Below the pieces are notes generated by a model. That model was given only the letters and a program-made list of their open reading frames with translations, made no database searches and had not been told where the DNA came from. A stretch of 64,000 nt of DNA from a virus. Made by a program: the position numbers and the translations under genes. Shown piece after piece: positions 63,413 through 64,000 of the stretch (position 1 is its first letter; each line of letters begins with the position of its first letter). The stretch spans positions 35,995-99,994 of the IMG/VR virus record IMGVR_UViG_3300049911_000129; one strand, given 5' to 3'.

Positions 63413-64000
63413 ATGGTAGAGATCCGACCGGCCAATTCCGCGCATGACACGCCGTATACTGGCGCGCCCTCGTGGGTCAGCAACCCCGACGACCCGCTGT
63501 TCTTCATCATAGACCGCGGGACGAACCAGGAGCTCGTGATCAACCTCTGGAAGCTCCTGGACATGGGCGTTGTCCTCGTTGAGCACAACGCGCTAGAGGG
63601 GCCGTTCGGCGGCACTGTCGGGGGGGCGACCGGGGCGACTGGCCCGACCGGGTCGCAGGGGCCCCAGGGCAGTGTCGGGCCTACCGGCACGGCCGGTCCG
63701 CAGGGTAGCCTCGGCCACACCGGGACGGCTGGTCCACAGGGCTCCGTGGGCCCTACTGGCACGGCTGGGCCGCGTGGATCGCTTGGCCCTACAGGAACGG
63801 CTGGCCCCCAGGGGTCGCAAGGCCCTACGGGGACCCAGGGACCGCAGGGAAGCATCGGTTTGACCGGGACGGCAGGACCTCAGGGATCGGTCGGCCCCAC
63901 TGGCACCGCAGGACCTCAGGGATCGGTCGGCCCCACTGGCACCGCCGGACCTCAGGGATCGGTCGGCCCCACTGGCACCGCCGGACCTCAGGGATCGGTC
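63413..64000 (+). CDS. collagen-like (Gly-X-Y) protein, 3'-truncated; probable fibre
   Basis: MVEIRPANS... then [12 protein letters not shown] repeats to window end. Confidence 0.85.
   Translation, partial: MVEIRPANSAHDTPYTGAPSWVSNPDDPLFFIIDRGTNQELVINLWKLLDMGVVLVEHNALEGPFGGTVGGATGATGPTGSQGPQGSVGPTGTAGPQGSLGHTGTAGPQGSVGPTGTAGPRGSLGPTGTAGPQGSQGPTGTQGPQGSIGLTGTAGPQGSVGPTGTAGPQGSVGPTGTAGPQGSVGPTGTAGPQGSV
63875..64000 (+). repeat. 36-bp tandem repeat (3.5 copies visible)
   Basis: GGACCTCAGGGATCGGTCGGCCCCACTGGCACCGC(A/C). Confidence 0.9.

Noticed and set aside
63875-64000. 36-bp direct repeats as a CRISPR array
   Set aside because: No spacers; repeats are head-to-tail and encode Gly-X-Y collagen
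1-64000. Prophage integration module, retron or DGR
   Set aside because: No integrase, repressor switch, host flanks or reverse transcriptase recognised in this window

Overview
High-GC, gene-dense segment of a large tailed dsDNA bacteriophage genome; essentially all credible genes are on the + strand. Order: end of a tail gene and a large transglycosylase/M23 protein (1-2.9 kb); a small-gene early region with repeated promoters and three copies of a hairpin placed just before ribosome-binding sites (3-12 kb); replication and nucleotide metabolism (DNA MTase, UDG-PolA fusion, RNA ligase, DnaB, Vsr, primase, sigma-like factor, SSB, RecA, dUTPase/dCTPase, dNMP kinase, thymidylate-synthase homologue, Cas4-like nuclease; 12-31 kb); packaging and head genes (terminase, portal with CxxC inserts, MuF, two GroES-like proteins, RuvC; 33-43 kb); a cluster of 24 tRNA genes with several unexplained structured RNAs and an HNH gene (47.5-51.8 kb); and an accessory block (5hmdU-kinase-helical-type protein, RlaP-like NTase, peptide deformylase, second MTase, Thr/Pro-rich LPxSG surface protein, RtcB, MTase-GT2-TPR, collagen-like protein). 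No major capsid gene or integrase was recognised. Best leads: (i) a probable cytosine-directed base (hyper)modification pathway, (ii) a tRNA-replacement/RNA-repair arsenal with C33 and C55 tRNA variants and tRNA-like RNAs, (iii) promoter-led structured ncRNAs, (iv) a surface-protein/glycosylation module. Family assignments come from motif recognition by eye, not database searches; the host (possibly Chloroflexota) is an inference.
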